From: an uncultured Gemmatimonadaceae bacterium
GTDB taxonomy: Bacteria > Gemmatimonadota > Gemmatimonadetes > Gemmatimonadales > Gemmatimonadaceae
Direction: 5' to 3'
NCBI GenBank assembly: GCA_963829055.1
Contig: CAWHHI010000008.1
Location: 377,081 to 441,080 of the forward strand
Length of the DNA stretch: 64,000 bases
A model generated the notes under the pieces. That model was given only the letters and a program-made list of their open reading frames with translations. It did no database searches and was not told the DNA's origin. The translations under genes were made by a program, and so were the position numbers. Below, piece by piece: positions 12,998 to 23,503 of this stretch. Numbering within the stretch: position 1 is the first letter of the stretch; each line of letters opens with the position of its first letter.

Positions 12998-15349
12998 TTA
13001 CGAGGACGGAGAGATTGCTCTTACTGTGATGCCGGTAGTCTCGTTTCGAATGTCTGGGATGTGCATCTCCGATGCGTAACTCACCAAGCGTCCGTCGACA
13101 TCGACGATTGGAAGAACCCGTGTTCGCCCTCGCAAGCGCAACCGAATTTCTTCAGGCGACATTCCCGCGCGCGCGAAGGAAAACGTTCGCGTCATGATGT
13201 CGGCGATGGGCGTATGCAGATTCGCGCCTCGGACGATCGCCGAGCGAATATCGCCATCCGTGGCGACACCGGTAACAACTCGGGTTTCGTCGACGACGAA
13301 CGCGATTCCCATTCGATTCCGATCAATCGCCTGAAGCACTGCGAGGACGGTTGCGTCGCCGGCAACAGTAAGCGCCTCGAGCTCACGTCGCCCGTCGCCA
13401 TCGGACCCTCGACCCAATACCTTCCCCGCCCACACCAGTTCGGTAAGGCGCTCAAGGCCGATGCGGAATCCGCGTCCACCGCGATGATGCCCCATCCAGA
13501 TCTCAGGAATCAGCGTGGGTCGCGCCGTGAGCAGGACAGGCATGACCTCGATGAAATTCACGTCGCCTTCGCCGATTTGCAGCCCTTCACCGCCCGTGCC
13601 GGCGGCATCGGAAACATGAAGATGCCTAACGAATGGCGTCACGCGCGCGGCAAAATCGGCAAGACTTGCGCCGGTGCGATTGCACGCGAGCGCCGCATGC
13701 GAGACGTCGAAGCAGAGCCCGAGCCCGGAAAGTTGGCAAAGCTCGACCGTATCGTCCGCATCGACGAGAACATGCCCGAACCATTTGCCTCCGAAGTACC
13801 ACGGAAAGGGCGGCAGATTCTCCAAAAGCAAGTCGACGCCACGGTGGTCTAGGCGCCGGAGCGAATCCAGTAGTCGTTCACGAGCCTCGGCGCCAGGATA
13901 CTCGCCTGGACGAGGAGCCATACCGCCGACATGCATGACGATTTTCGGTCCACGCGGCGAGGCGCGGAAATGCGAGACCATCTCTCGCGCAAGGTCGATA
14001 GTCCTCTGGATCCGGGCGATCGACATCTCGCGCTGTGCACTATCCTTGGCGCAGAGATCGATTAACGCGTCGTGGCAGTATTCCGGCGCGTGAACCACCA
14101 GTTCGTACGGGTAGTCGCCACGCTCGAAGCCCGCGACGCCCGACATCCAAATCACGATCGCTAACATGAAACTCGATGAATGAGGGGCCGTCGGCGGTAA
14201 AGCCGCGGAGCAGTTCCGCGACGTCCGTGAATCGGGCCACGATTCCCCACGAAGTGCCGACGTCGATGGGACGGTTTATTTGCTTCGTCAATGCTTCGGA
14301 TAGATCGTCGTCCACAAATGGATCGTCGCGGTGGACCGATCGAGAGATCCGACGCCCAACCAACTGTTCAACGTACTGCGGCGACAGACCCATGCCCGGC
14401 GATTTGCTCGCGACCATTGAGCGAGTGATCACCGTGTCGGCTGGAATATCCATCCGAGCGACTAGGCTCTTACCCAGAGTCCGCCGGTTAAGAATCTCAC
14501 CACGAGTCATCCACCGGTGAGGAACACCGAGTGACGTCTTCCACCTCACGCACGGCGCGAACCTGGGCGGCAAACTCACTTGGAGTGAGGCTTGCCGCGT
14601 GATCCGGGCCGCGCATCCCTTTATCGAGCGTTAGGTGTCGCTCCAGAAGATTTGCGCCGAGGGCAACCGCTGCGAGAGAAATCGCGATGCCGGTGTCGTG
14701 CCCGGAGTAGCCAACGGGCCACCCCGACCAATCTCGAAGCGACCGCATGAACCGCAGGTTGATTTCCTCAGCCGCCGCAGGGTACGTGCTCACACAATGG
14801 AACAAGGCGCACTCGGCGTCCCGATCCGCCAAGAAGGCCAGCGTTCGACGAATCTCCTCCTCTGTCGACATTCCCGTCGAGACCATCACCGGCTTTCCGG
14901 TCTGCAAGGACATGGTCAATGCAGGATAAAATTGGTCATGTCCGGTGAGCCGATCTTGTACGCTGGGACGCCTAGACGTCTCCAGGAAATCGACGCTACG
15001 CGTGTCCCAAGGCGTGCACAGAAACGTGATCTCACGACTCTCGCAGTAGCGCTGGAGGTCGACGAACTCTCCGTCGGAAAGCTCGAACTCGACGAGGATC
15101 GGCACGAGGTATTGCAGTGCCTGTTCTCCAAGCCGAGGCTCCGCGAGAATACGCTCCTGATAGACCTCGCTGAGTTTGCGTTTCTGAAACTTGACGGCGT
15201 CGGCGCCTGCCTCTACGGCAGCGTCGACCAGCTTTCTTCGCGAGTGCGAGGTCGCCGTTGTGATTGATGCCAGCTTCGGCGATGATGTAGCACGGCTCGT
15301 TAGGCCCGATTCGACGATCTCCGATCCGAATGTGTGCGCGACTGGTCAC
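12998..15349 (-). CDS. N-acetylneuraminate synthase (NeuB/SpsE) family protein fused to SAF, xylose-isomerase-like TIM barrel and CBS domains, frameshifted
   Basis: IIAEAGINHNG, STGMS, HCVSTYP, GYSGH, ERHLTLDK..GPDH; SAF LGKSLVA..KSPGMGL; TIM barrel ENLPPFPWYFGG, CFDVSH, HLHVSDA; CBS GVATDGDIRSAI. Confidence 0.8.
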
Positions 15350-15850
15350 GGGTATCGAGGAGGGGTGTCTTGCCAATGTGTCATATGCATGTACCACGAT
15401 GCGGTACGGCGGAATGCGTCGTGCAATTGAGCTCGCTGCGGCACGCTGAAACTCAGCTCTGCGAGTTGTCGACGGGACATATCCATGCGGTAACGCTCCG
15501 GGAAGCGCTGTCTGCGACTTCGATCCCGACGTCCCGGCGAACGCACCGCCGGCCGGCAGGGCTGTGCGATCGTCCAGCGCCAGCACTGAGACCTACCATC
15601 TACAGATACGATCGAAGTGCAGTCTCGTCTCTACGTGTGCGAATCGGCCGTGGTCGGGGCGGCTTCCAATGAAGTTACCAACACGGCAAGGTGGGCATGG
15701 ATCGGCAGATGCGAGCATGCAAACGCGTAACCTCTCGCGGCAGGCGCTGATATCCGACCCGAGGTCGCCTCAGTTCCAACAGGTCAACGTCCGGCAGTTG
15801 CCTCGCGTAGACGGCCGCTGGTAACGAACATGAATCGGCAGACTTCCGCC
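15346..15850 (-). pseudogene. Decayed NAD-dependent epimerase (C-terminal half)
   Basis: Hand translation gives FMFVTSG-VYARQ, RGYAFACSHLPIHAH..GNFI, RDETALRSYL*M, PHGYVPST, DAFRRTASWY, collinear with 38976..40079; in-frame TAG, deletions, N-terminus missing. Confidence 0.75.
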
Positions 15851-16582
15851 TGCTTGCCAAACGGCGGCACCCCCGCCGAGGAGTGTCAACATGATTCTAC
15901 CATGTGACGCGAGTCACTTTCATGGCAGCTGTCGAGTGAATCTGCAGCGACGCACCACAATCAAACGGCCCGGCGGCATCGCCCCAAGTGGCGGACGTCA
16001 CCCTTCAGATGGATTGAGAATAGCCGGGCAGTGCTTCACCCGGTTGGCGACGCCAATCTTCATTCACAGACCGTCGGGCGGTGGGGTTGAAACGTAAGCG
16101 CCGACGCGGGAGCTGTTAGGGCACTGCCGTGCAATCCGATGGCACGCTGCTCACGACTCTTTTCGAAGTTGCTGTAGCTCGGAGGTGTCGGGCGAGTGTC
16201 TCCTCGAGAGCGGGCGAGTCTTTGAAATGGCGGTCTTTCGACCGGCGAAGCGAGATGCGACTTCGGCATCACGGTATCGAAGCCGACGAACACGACGCGT
16301 CCAACGGACTGGCTGCCAAAGTAGCGAGTCATGCTCGAGCTCCTGTGGACGGAACTCGTGGCGGCACCTGCCGTACCAGCGGTGAATCCTCTGCCGATGA
16401 AGGGCTCGTGGTGTGACACGTTAGGTCTGTCGGGGCCGTGAGCTCAAGACTGCACACAAGTTGGCCGCTCTGCTCCGCAGCACCGGCGGCGAAACAGGCA
16501 CCGTGACTACGATCAAGGTGCGGGGTAGACAACCACTGCGATCATGACAGGTCAGTCACAACTGGCACCGAACGGTCTCGAC

Positions 16583-18220
16583 TCATCGCGTCGAGTCGGA
16601 TCGCAAGCCCGAGAACTCGTATGCCTCCAGCGCGTACCCCGCGGCACCAAACCTTCGGACACGACTCGTCGAGTATAGCTGATCGAGTTGAGCGCGGGCA
16701 CGCCTGTCGTCACCGTTAGGCAGCGCGATGTATTGAACTACGTTAGGCGGTATCCGGTCCGTCAGCAGGTACCGCGGCTCCGTCACCTTCGGTGTGAACA
16801 CTCCTCGGCGCGCCAGTGTGCGACGATGCGAGGTACTGTCCACCGGGCCGATGAGAATCCAGGCCATCGAGTCGGGGACAACGATGACGGTCGAATCTTC
16901 AGCCGAAACGCTGGCCAACACCTCGTCGACAAGTGTGTGAAATGCCGTAAACTGCAGATTGTACACCAGCTGGTCCTGGCCAGTCCCACAGCACTCGCCA
17001 GTTACGCGAGTCATCCGCAATAGGTCTCGGGTCCCGAAACGAAACGTGCCGTAGAGTCGGCGGGACACGGGATCGACCGTACGCGTCGTCGACACCATCA
17101 ACAGCAGCGCATACAGACCGAGGAGAGCTCGGCGCGCCTGAAGACCAATCGTCAAACGCACGAGGGAGGCGTAGAACAGAACAAGCAGCAACGCAGTAAC
17201 GGTAATGAAATAGCGCGTATGTCCATACGTCGTGAATCGTGTCAGTGCATACCCAGTCGCGATCGCAAGCAGTACGAGGAAACCCAGGGCCCGCGGATCG
17301 GCTTCGGAAACCGCGCGTCGAGACTCGCGATGGGCTGCGCGCACGGTACCGATGAATGCGTCGGCGCCAACCACCGCGGTAATGATCCACGCGAAATTGA
17401 GCACGAGCAGAAGCACCGCGTAGTTGACTTGATACAGATCAAGTCGTGGGACTAGAAACTGCCTGACGAGAGAGTCATTCGTCGTACCTCCGTACCACAT
17501 CACCGCCGTGTTCGGCAGTGTAGTGCGGTATAGCAGGTAGCCGAGATACACGATGCCGGGAATGGCAGCCGGTGCAAATCGGAGGACCCGACCAATTCGG
17601 TCACCAGCGGACCCCACGCGGCGGAACTCGTAGCAACAGACGTGACACACTAGAAGCACCGCGTAGAGCAGGACACCCGTTTCCTTCGTGAAGGCCAACG
17701 CAATACCAGCGAGAATCGCCGCTCCGAATCGCCGCTCGAGCATGAACACGATCGCCCACATAAATGCCGGAAGCAGTGGTAGATCGAGGCCAGGTTGAAC
17801 GACAGAGGCAAGGAACGCTGGCTGCAGCGAAAAGACCGCTGTCAACAATGCGCGATCGACGCCTGCCGCCCGCGGGAACACCAGTCGGACGAGACGGTGA
17901 AAGCCAACAACGGCGATGAGGAAAAGCGCGGCGTTTGTGATCAACACCGGCACGGGGCTTGACTGAGCAAGCTTCTGCGCGAGCCCGGTGACAGCCATGT
18001 ACGCCTGCGACGTATGCCCACCGCACCGCAGACTGCCGAAACCCAAGTGATCAGCAACCGCGGTAATGCAGGCGGCGTATATGCGACCATCCCAGAGTGG
18101 CACGTAGGTCAGCCGCGTTGCGAGCAAGGCGCAGACAACCGCTCCAGCACCGATCAGAAGTGCAATGGAGATGCGTTCGTCCGCAATTCTCGACGGCGTT
18201 GCATCGCTCGGCGAAGTCAC
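16583..18220 (-). CDS. Polytopic membrane protein, putative GT-C fold glycosyltransferase (WDG/ECC family, copy 1)
   Basis: Many TM segments; YVPLWDG after the first TM, QPGLDLP, FTKETG, GECCGTGQDQLVYN, ALPNG; GTG start overlaps the upstream stop. Confidence 0.65.
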   Translation of the reverse strand: MTSPSDATPSRIADERISIALLIGAGAVVCALLATRLTYVPLWDGRIYAACITAVADHLGFGSLRCGGHTSQAYMAVTGLAQKLAQSSPVPVLITNAALFLIAVVGFHRLVRLVFPRAAGVDRALLTAVFSLQPAFLASVVQPGLDLPLLPAFMWAIVFMLERRFGAAILAGIALAFTKETGVLLYAVLLVCHVCCYEFRRVGSAGDRIGRVLRFAPAAIPGIVYLGYLLYRTTLPNTAVMWYGGTTNDSLVRQFLVPRLDLYQVNYAVLLLVLNFAWIITAVVGADAFIGTVRAAHRESRRAVSEADPRALGFLVLLAIATGYALTRFTTYGHTRYFITVTALLLVLFYASLVRLTIGLQARRALLGLYALLLMVSTTRTVDPVSRRLYGTFRFGTRDLLRMTRVTGECCGTGQDQLVYNLQFTAFHTLVDEVLASVSAEDSTVIVVPDSMAWILIGPVDSTSHRRTLARRGVFTPKVTEPRYLLTDRIPPNVVQYIALPNGDDRRARAQLDQLYSTSRVRRFGAAGYALEAYEFSGLRSDSTR

Positions 18221-19212
18221 GCGGCGTTTCCGCGGAGCCACCTCGGTAGCCGAGCAGCGTATCGTTCGACCCGTTCGGGTAGGGCGCCCGTATTCGGCCG
18301 ACGAAGAATCAGGATTGCCGCCGGCAGGTAGACCCCGAGGCCAAGCGACAGGTGAGCCGAGAACGGATCCCTCGTCAAATCGTGCGGTGCTGTCGCGAGA
18401 AACGCGACGAACCCCACCCAGCCACATGCGCTCAGAATCAGGGAATCCTTCCATTGCGGCGTCGCGAGCCAGACACCAAGGTGATCGTAGATTTGAGGGT
18501 TGAGAGGAACAAGCGTCATAGCCATGAGCGCACGACCCTCAGGACGCCGCCACCGAAACGCGCCGACAAGCCCGGCCGCCCCCAGCGGCCAGAGGAGAGG
18601 CGCAGTGTGCGGCGCTCGTTGTTGCGGAATGTCGGTGAGCCAATCGGTGAACCAAGTCGGAACAATGAAAAAAGAGATCACAAAGAGCGCGACGGACACC
18701 GTGACCGCCGACCACGCGGGGCGGTACGCAAAGGGTGCTATCCCGACATTCGGCTTCGCGATCGACAAACCGCCTAGCCACGGGAGGAACGCACCAGCGA
18801 CGATCAGGGGAGACCACTGCAGGTAAAACCAACCCAGAAAGAACGCGGGGGATGCGAGCATCGCGAGCCCCTGCCATCCAAGCCTCGTAAGTAAGCCATA
18901 GGTGAGGGCGGCGACGCCGATGCCCGTGAACACGCCGGCTCCCACAACGGGAGGAAGCGGCGTGAGAGGCGCCACGAGCAGGAGCGTCGGCAACGGGTAT
19001 GGGATCACCCCAGCGTCGTACGGGTTCTTCCCCGCGAGAACGTCAAGGGCCGCGTTGCGGAAGTGGCCGAAGTCGCCGCCGGTCATCCCGGCAGCGACCT
19101 CGTGGACGTACGTTCGCCAACCGAGGAACGTCGCCAAGGCGATCAATGTCATCGCGGCAAATGAACGCCGAACACCGGGGGGAGCAGATCGCGTTGCCCA
19201 CGGCGTTCGCAT
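18217..19212 (-). CDS. GT87/DUF2029-like membrane glycosyltransferase (copy 1)
   Basis: DF....AA....GKNPY, YPLPTLLLVAP, QWSPL, KPN, RWRRPEGR. Confidence 0.65.
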   Translation of the reverse strand: MRTPWATRSAPPGVRRSFAAMTLIALATFLGWRTYVHEVAAGMTGGDFGHFRNAALDVLAGKNPYDAGVIPYPLPTLLLVAPLTPLPPVVGAGVFTGIGVAALTYGLLTRLGWQGLAMLASPAFFLGWFYLQWSPLIVAGAFLPWLGGLSIAKPNVGIAPFAYRPAWSAVTVSVALFVISFFIVPTWFTDWLTDIPQQRAPHTAPLLWPLGAAGLVGAFRWRRPEGRALMAMTLVPLNPQIYDHLGVWLATPQWKDSLILSACGWVGFVAFLATAPHDLTRDPFSAHLSLGLGVYLPAAILILRRPNTGALPERVERYAARLPRWLRGNAA

Positions 19213-19399
19213 CAGCAGTAGTCGGCTACCAGGTGCGTTGCAACGCGAGAGATCCGCCCGACTCCGGGAGAGTAACTCTCGCGATCGGTCAACCGGGCGT
19301 CCGAGCTTGAATCCCCCACGTTCGAGAGAGCAGTCGCTGAACCCGAAAACACATCGACAGCCTTGAACACGACGTCGTCGATTGCGAAGGCTCGGCCAA

Positions 19400-19858
19400 T
19401 CATCGGGCGGGAGAGAAAACCCAGCGAATGCCTCCAACAGGACCGTCAATAGTTGGAGGCCCAAACATCATGACCAAGGAATCTGCCGCCGGTTGCAATA
19501 CGCGACAGTCAGCGCCACCGGGACTTCTTCCAATGCAGAACCGGGTCGCTAGAGCGCCCTCGAGCACGAATGGCAAGGAGTCCGACATGCGCATCGCCCC
19601 GCGGTAGGTACTGGACATCGTCCAAGTACCTCGGCGCGGGCCAGTGAAAGCAATTGTGCGGGTCACCTGGACGCCCGTGGGCTCAACGTCGCGCGACACC
19701 CAAACACCTCTGAGAGGCGATACCCCACCGATTGGTCGTGTCCCGAGCGAAATGCCGAGCCCGATCGATACGAACAGTCCGAGACTGATACTGGCGACGG
19801 TCAACGGCCAACCGAACGCGCACTCATCGTTCGGTACCTCGTCCTCAGGCGGGCGCAT
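19400..19858 (-). CDS. Hypothetical protein with N-terminal TM anchor
   Basis: 152-aa ORF with a hydrophobic helix followed by a beta-rich region (LRGVW..); no family recognised. Confidence 0.4.
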   Translation of the reverse strand: MRPPEDEVPNDECAFGWPLTVASISLGLFVSIGLGISLGTRPIGGVSPLRGVWVSRDVEPTGVQVTRTIAFTGPRRGTWTMSSTYRGAMRMSDSLPFVLEGALATRFCIGRSPGGADCRVLQPAADSLVMMFGPPTIDGPVGGIRWVFSPAR

Positions 19859-19935
19859 TCTCTATTGGCTGAGCAATTACGAGCGTGTGAACGTTCGGCC
19901 GGGCATGTTCCGCATGGCGAAATGTACTCCGTCAG

Positions 19936-20315
19936 CTAAGCAGTTGAGGTGCCGCCGGTTGCCTTCTGGGGTGTGTCCGAAGTGTGTCCCGGCACCTTCG
20001 ATTCCGGCTCGTTTTCGATTACACGCAGCGTCGTGGCCGGATCCGCCTGCTGATAGGACCGCTTCATCGTCGCCAGATCGCGCCATCCGCCGGCGCGCAT
20101 CAGATCGACGTCGGGCAGGTGCTTTCGCTCGCTGGCAAACAGCCGGCGGTATGCGTGGAACCCGCCGCGCTCCACGTGTGGCAGCTCCGCCCGCTCCTCA
20201 GCTCGGACCAACATGCCGCGGGCGAGCATGGTGTGCGTCGCGCGGCCCGGATGGTTCGGCTGCGGGAACATCCATACGTCACCAGCGCGCGGATGGGTGC
20301 GCAGGTACCGCTCAA
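19936..20315 (-). mobile_element. Truncated tyrosine recombinase/integrase (C-terminal catalytic fragment)
   Basis: ..WMFP..GGFHAYRRLFASERK..GGWRD..RSYQ: H-x-x-R, W and catalytic Y motifs; N-terminal domains and first catalytic Arg not found. Confidence 0.75.
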
Positions 20316-20817
20316 ATCGACAGGCCGCTCCCTAACGCTGCGTACTCGGGCGACGTGCATGATCGCCCGGCGATCGGCGAGCCAAGTGTCGAGGTGCCAA
20401 TCGAGGACGTCGTCACGTTCGTTGCGACTGAAGTCCGCGTTAGGCCGTGCAAGGCCTTGAAGTGCGAGGTTGGGCGACCTCCTCACGCGGAAACCGCTGA
20501 GGCGCCGCAGCAACTAGCGAGGCGTCCCAGCTCGCGGTAGGTTCGCGAATGCCGCCCTATCGCGACTTTGCCGAACCCATGTCCGTCGTCCTCCGCTTCC
20601 TCCGCGCCACCGACGATGGGGTCGTTGTCGCGGTCGTCGTCTTGGTGATCGCGGCGGTTATGTTCTGCGGCTCGTCGATCAGGTCATGGTTCGCCGACCG
20701 TACCACCACGATCACCACCGTCTGACGCCGCACGATGCGTAACGACCAGCAGAACACGGGCCGACGCACCAACTACGCGCTCATCGCCTTACTGACTTTC
20801 CTGTTCATCTACGCTGC

Positions 20818-21747
20818 GTGGATCCTGTACCGCTACGGACTCCCGTAAGGCAGAGACTGGCGGTCGCGGTCCTGTGTGGGATATGGGGCGGTGCACTGGC
20901 ATACGCGTTCTTGGCGCGCCCGGGGTTCTACGGCGACTTCCTCGCGTTTTGGTACGCGGCGCGCGCTTGGCTGGGTGGGCTCGACCCCTACCTCGTCACG
21001 CCGAGCGCGCCCCCGTACAACGTCGACGACCGGTTCTTCTACCCCTTCCCGGCGCTGCTCGTCGTCGCACCGTTCGCCCGACTACCGCTCGCCGCCGCTG
21101 GTGCGGCGTTCTTCGGCTGCTCATCAGGCCTACTGGGGTTCGCGCTGACGCGCGACGGCTACCACCGCCTTCCCTTGTTCGCGAGCTTCCCGTTCGTCAT
21201 GGCTGCGTCGCTGGGGCAGTGGGCTCCGCTCGTGGTCGCGGCCGCACTGCTCCCGGGCATGGGGTTCGTGGCGGTATGCAAACCCAACCTCGCTCTCGCC
21301 TTCGCGCTCGCGCGCCCCACGCGGTCGCTCGTGTTCGGTGGCGGGGCATTTCTGCTCGCGACGCTGCTCTTCGACTCGCACTGGCCGCTCAAGTGGCTTG
21401 CGAACCTGCGCACGATGGAGGGGCACCCGCCGCCCATCCTAACGCTCTGGGGCGTCTGGCTCCTCGCCGCGGCGTTCCGCTGGCGCACGTTCGAGGGGCG
21501 CCTCGTGGTCAGCATGGCATGTATCCCCCAGATGCAGATGTTCGCCGACCAGCTCCCGCTGCTCCTTGTGCCGCGGTCGCGGCGGGAATCCATGGTCGCG
21601 GCGATCGCGAGCCACGTTGCCGGGTTCGCCTGGATCGCCAGCATCCGGCCTAACGAGCATCCGAGCGCCCGCGCGCTGCCATTCGTGCTCGCCGGCACGT
21701 TCCTCCCGGCGGCGGTGATGGCGCTTCGACGACGACGCGACTCGTGA
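20818..21747 (+). CDS. GT87/DUF2029-like membrane glycosyltransferase (copy 2)
   Basis: DFLAFWYAARAWLGGLDPY, FFYPFPALLVVAP, GQWAPL, KPN; intact 309-aa ORF. Confidence 0.7.
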   Translation: MDPVPLRTPVRQRLAVAVLCGIWGGALAYAFLARPGFYGDFLAFWYAARAWLGGLDPYLVTPSAPPYNVDDRFFYPFPALLVVAPFARLPLAAAGAAFFGCSSGLLGFALTRDGYHRLPLFASFPFVMAASLGQWAPLVVAAALLPGMGFVAVCKPNLALAFALARPTRSLVFGGGAFLLATLLFDSHWPLKWLANLRTMEGHPPPILTLWGVWLLAAAFRWRTFEGRLVVSMACIPQMQMFADQLPLLLVPRSRRESMVAAIASHVAGFAWIASIRPNEHPSARALPFVLAGTFLPAAVMALRRRRDS

Positions 21748-22724
21748 CCGCCCATGCCCACCCAGCCGGCCCGGGAAGCCGGCAGCGCCTCCGCGCAGGC
21801 GTGGCGGCGCTCGGCGTCGGCGCACTGGCCGCCGTGTTACACTGGGTCGGCCGGAAGATCGCGCCGACCGGCGTCGCTGACTTCGACCAGTTGTGGTTCG
21901 CGGCGCGCGCGCTCGTGGGCGGAGACAATCCCTACAACCTCGTCGGGCCCGGCCGGTCGTTCGACTGGCCATGGCCGTTGCTGTACCCGCTCCCCGCTGC
22001 CCTCTTGGTGGCCCCGCTGGCGTGGATGCCCGTGGCTGTTGCGGGCGCGGCGTTCGCCTTCGTCTGCGGGGCCACGTTCGGGTACGCGGTCGCCCGGTCT
22101 CGGAGCGCGCCGTTTCTGGTGTTGAGCGCGCCGTTCGCCATCGGCGTCATGCAGGGGCAGTCGGCCCCGATCCTCGCGGCGATCACGCTATCCCCGTGGG
22201 CGGCGATCGCGGTGGCGGCGAAGCCGAACATCGGTTTCGCGGTGCTCGCCGGTGCCGGCCGGCGATCCTGGATCGTGGCCATCGTTGCGGGGGCGCTGCT
22301 GGCCGGCCTGTCGTTCTTGGTTTCGCCGACGTGGGTTGCTGACTGGCGCGCGGCCGTCGAGACTGTCCCGCACGCCCGCCCGTATGTCCTGCGGCCGTGG
22401 GGCGTGCTGCTCCTAGCGGCGCTGACCCGGTGGCGCAGACCGGAGGCCAGGGTGCTCGCGGCGTTTGCCGTCGTTCCAGGGACGCCTTCCACGTATGACC
22501 TTCTCGTACCGCTCACGGCGGTGCTCGTCGACGCGACCCCGCGCGTTGCGGCACTGATCGCAGCCTCATCGTTGCTCGCAGTCGCTTCAGCGTACGGGAC
22601 GCCGGCCGGCGACTTTGTCCGGTTTGCCGACCGCGCAGCGGTCGCCCACTTGGCGTTCGTCTTGCTCCCGTGCCTCGTTGCGGTGCTAGCTCGGCCGAAC
22701 GAACGAGAGAATGGATCGCGTTAG
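21744..22724 (+). CDS. GT87/DUF2029-like membrane glycosyltransferase (copy 3)
   Basis: DFDQLWFAARALVGGDNPY, LYPLPAALLVAP, GQ, KPN, RWRRPEAR; GTGA overlap with copy 2. Confidence 0.7.
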   Translation: MTAHAHPAGPGSRQRLRAGVAALGVGALAAVLHWVGRKIAPTGVADFDQLWFAARALVGGDNPYNLVGPGRSFDWPWPLLYPLPAALLVAPLAWMPVAVAGAAFAFVCGATFGYAVARSRSAPFLVLSAPFAIGVMQGQSAPILAAITLSPWAAIAVAAKPNIGFAVLAGAGRRSWIVAIVAGALLAGLSFLVSPTWVADWRAAVETVPHARPYVLRPWGVLLLAALTRWRRPEARVLAAFAVVPGTPSTYDLLVPLTAVLVDATPRVAALIAASSLLAVASAYGTPAGDFVRFADRAAVAHLAFVLLPCLVAVLARPNERENGSR

Positions 22725-22867
22725 GCGAAGGACAGCAGCCGACGGGGGCGCATCAATGCGCTGAACTGGAGGCGCTCCGTGGCGGCGAACTAGGAGCATC
22801 TGCTGGACCGCCGGTAACCCGTTGGCCGCTGACGAGCGGCGCGGCCGTTGCATCGTTTCGCCCCGTT

Positions 22868-23503
22868 ATGTCCAAGCGCACGCTCTCACCCCGCACGTAC
22901 GACGTGCTGCAGCGGCTCGTCCACGGGCGGCACGACCCGCTCAAGCACGCGATCCTTGCGGCGTACGCCCCATTCACCGGTTCGCCAGTACTGGAACTCG
23001 GGTGCGGCACGGGGGTGCTCTCCGCAGCCTTCGCACCCGGGCTGTACACCGGTGTCGACCTCGACGGCGCCCGCATCGCGTCGGCGCGGGCAGAGCACCC
23101 GGGCGCCGCGTTCGTGCACGCGGACGTCCGCTCGCTCGAGCCCGCGTTCTTCGCGCCGTTCCGCTTCCTCTTCTGCCACGCCTGGCTGCACCACATCGAC
23201 GAGGCGACGTGCCAGGACATCTTCTCCGCGATCGCCGGCGCGTCGACCACCACGCCGCGGGTGCTGATGGTCTACGAGCCGGTCCTCGCACCCCCGCTTC
23301 GCAACCCCGTGGGCTGGGCGCTCGGGAAACTGGACCGGGGCGACTTTGTCCGGCCGGCCGCTGCCCTGCGGGCGCTGTGCGAGCCGTTCGTCGAGCACAT
23401 GGTGGTCTTTCCCGGCCCCAAGCGGTGGCCTGTGCCGGGCGCCACGCTGCGCCTGGTATTCGACGCCGATCGGGCCACACGGTTCCGGGCTACGCACACC
23501 TAA
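22868..23503 (+). CDS. Class I SAM methyltransferase
   Basis: VLELGCGTG, GVD, WLHHI, KLDRGDFVRP; related to 51152..51794. Confidence 0.8.
   Translation: MSKRTLSPRTYDVLQRLVHGRHDPLKHAILAAYAPFTGSPVLELGCGTGVLSAAFAPGLYTGVDLDGARIASARAEHPGAAFVHADVRSLEPAFFAPFRFLFCHAWLHHIDEATCQDIFSAIAGASTTTPRVLMVYEPVLAPPLRNPVGWALGKLDRGDFVRPAAALRALCEPFVEHMVVFPGPKRWPVPGATLRLVFDADRATRFRATHT

Noticed and set aside
15850..16580. Small ORFs and sigma-54-like TGGCAC sites
   Set aside because: No family motifs in the ORFs and no correctly spaced TTGC element.
19860..19990. tRNA or att core next to the integrase remnant
   Set aside because: No cloverleaf, T-loop or duplicated core recognised.
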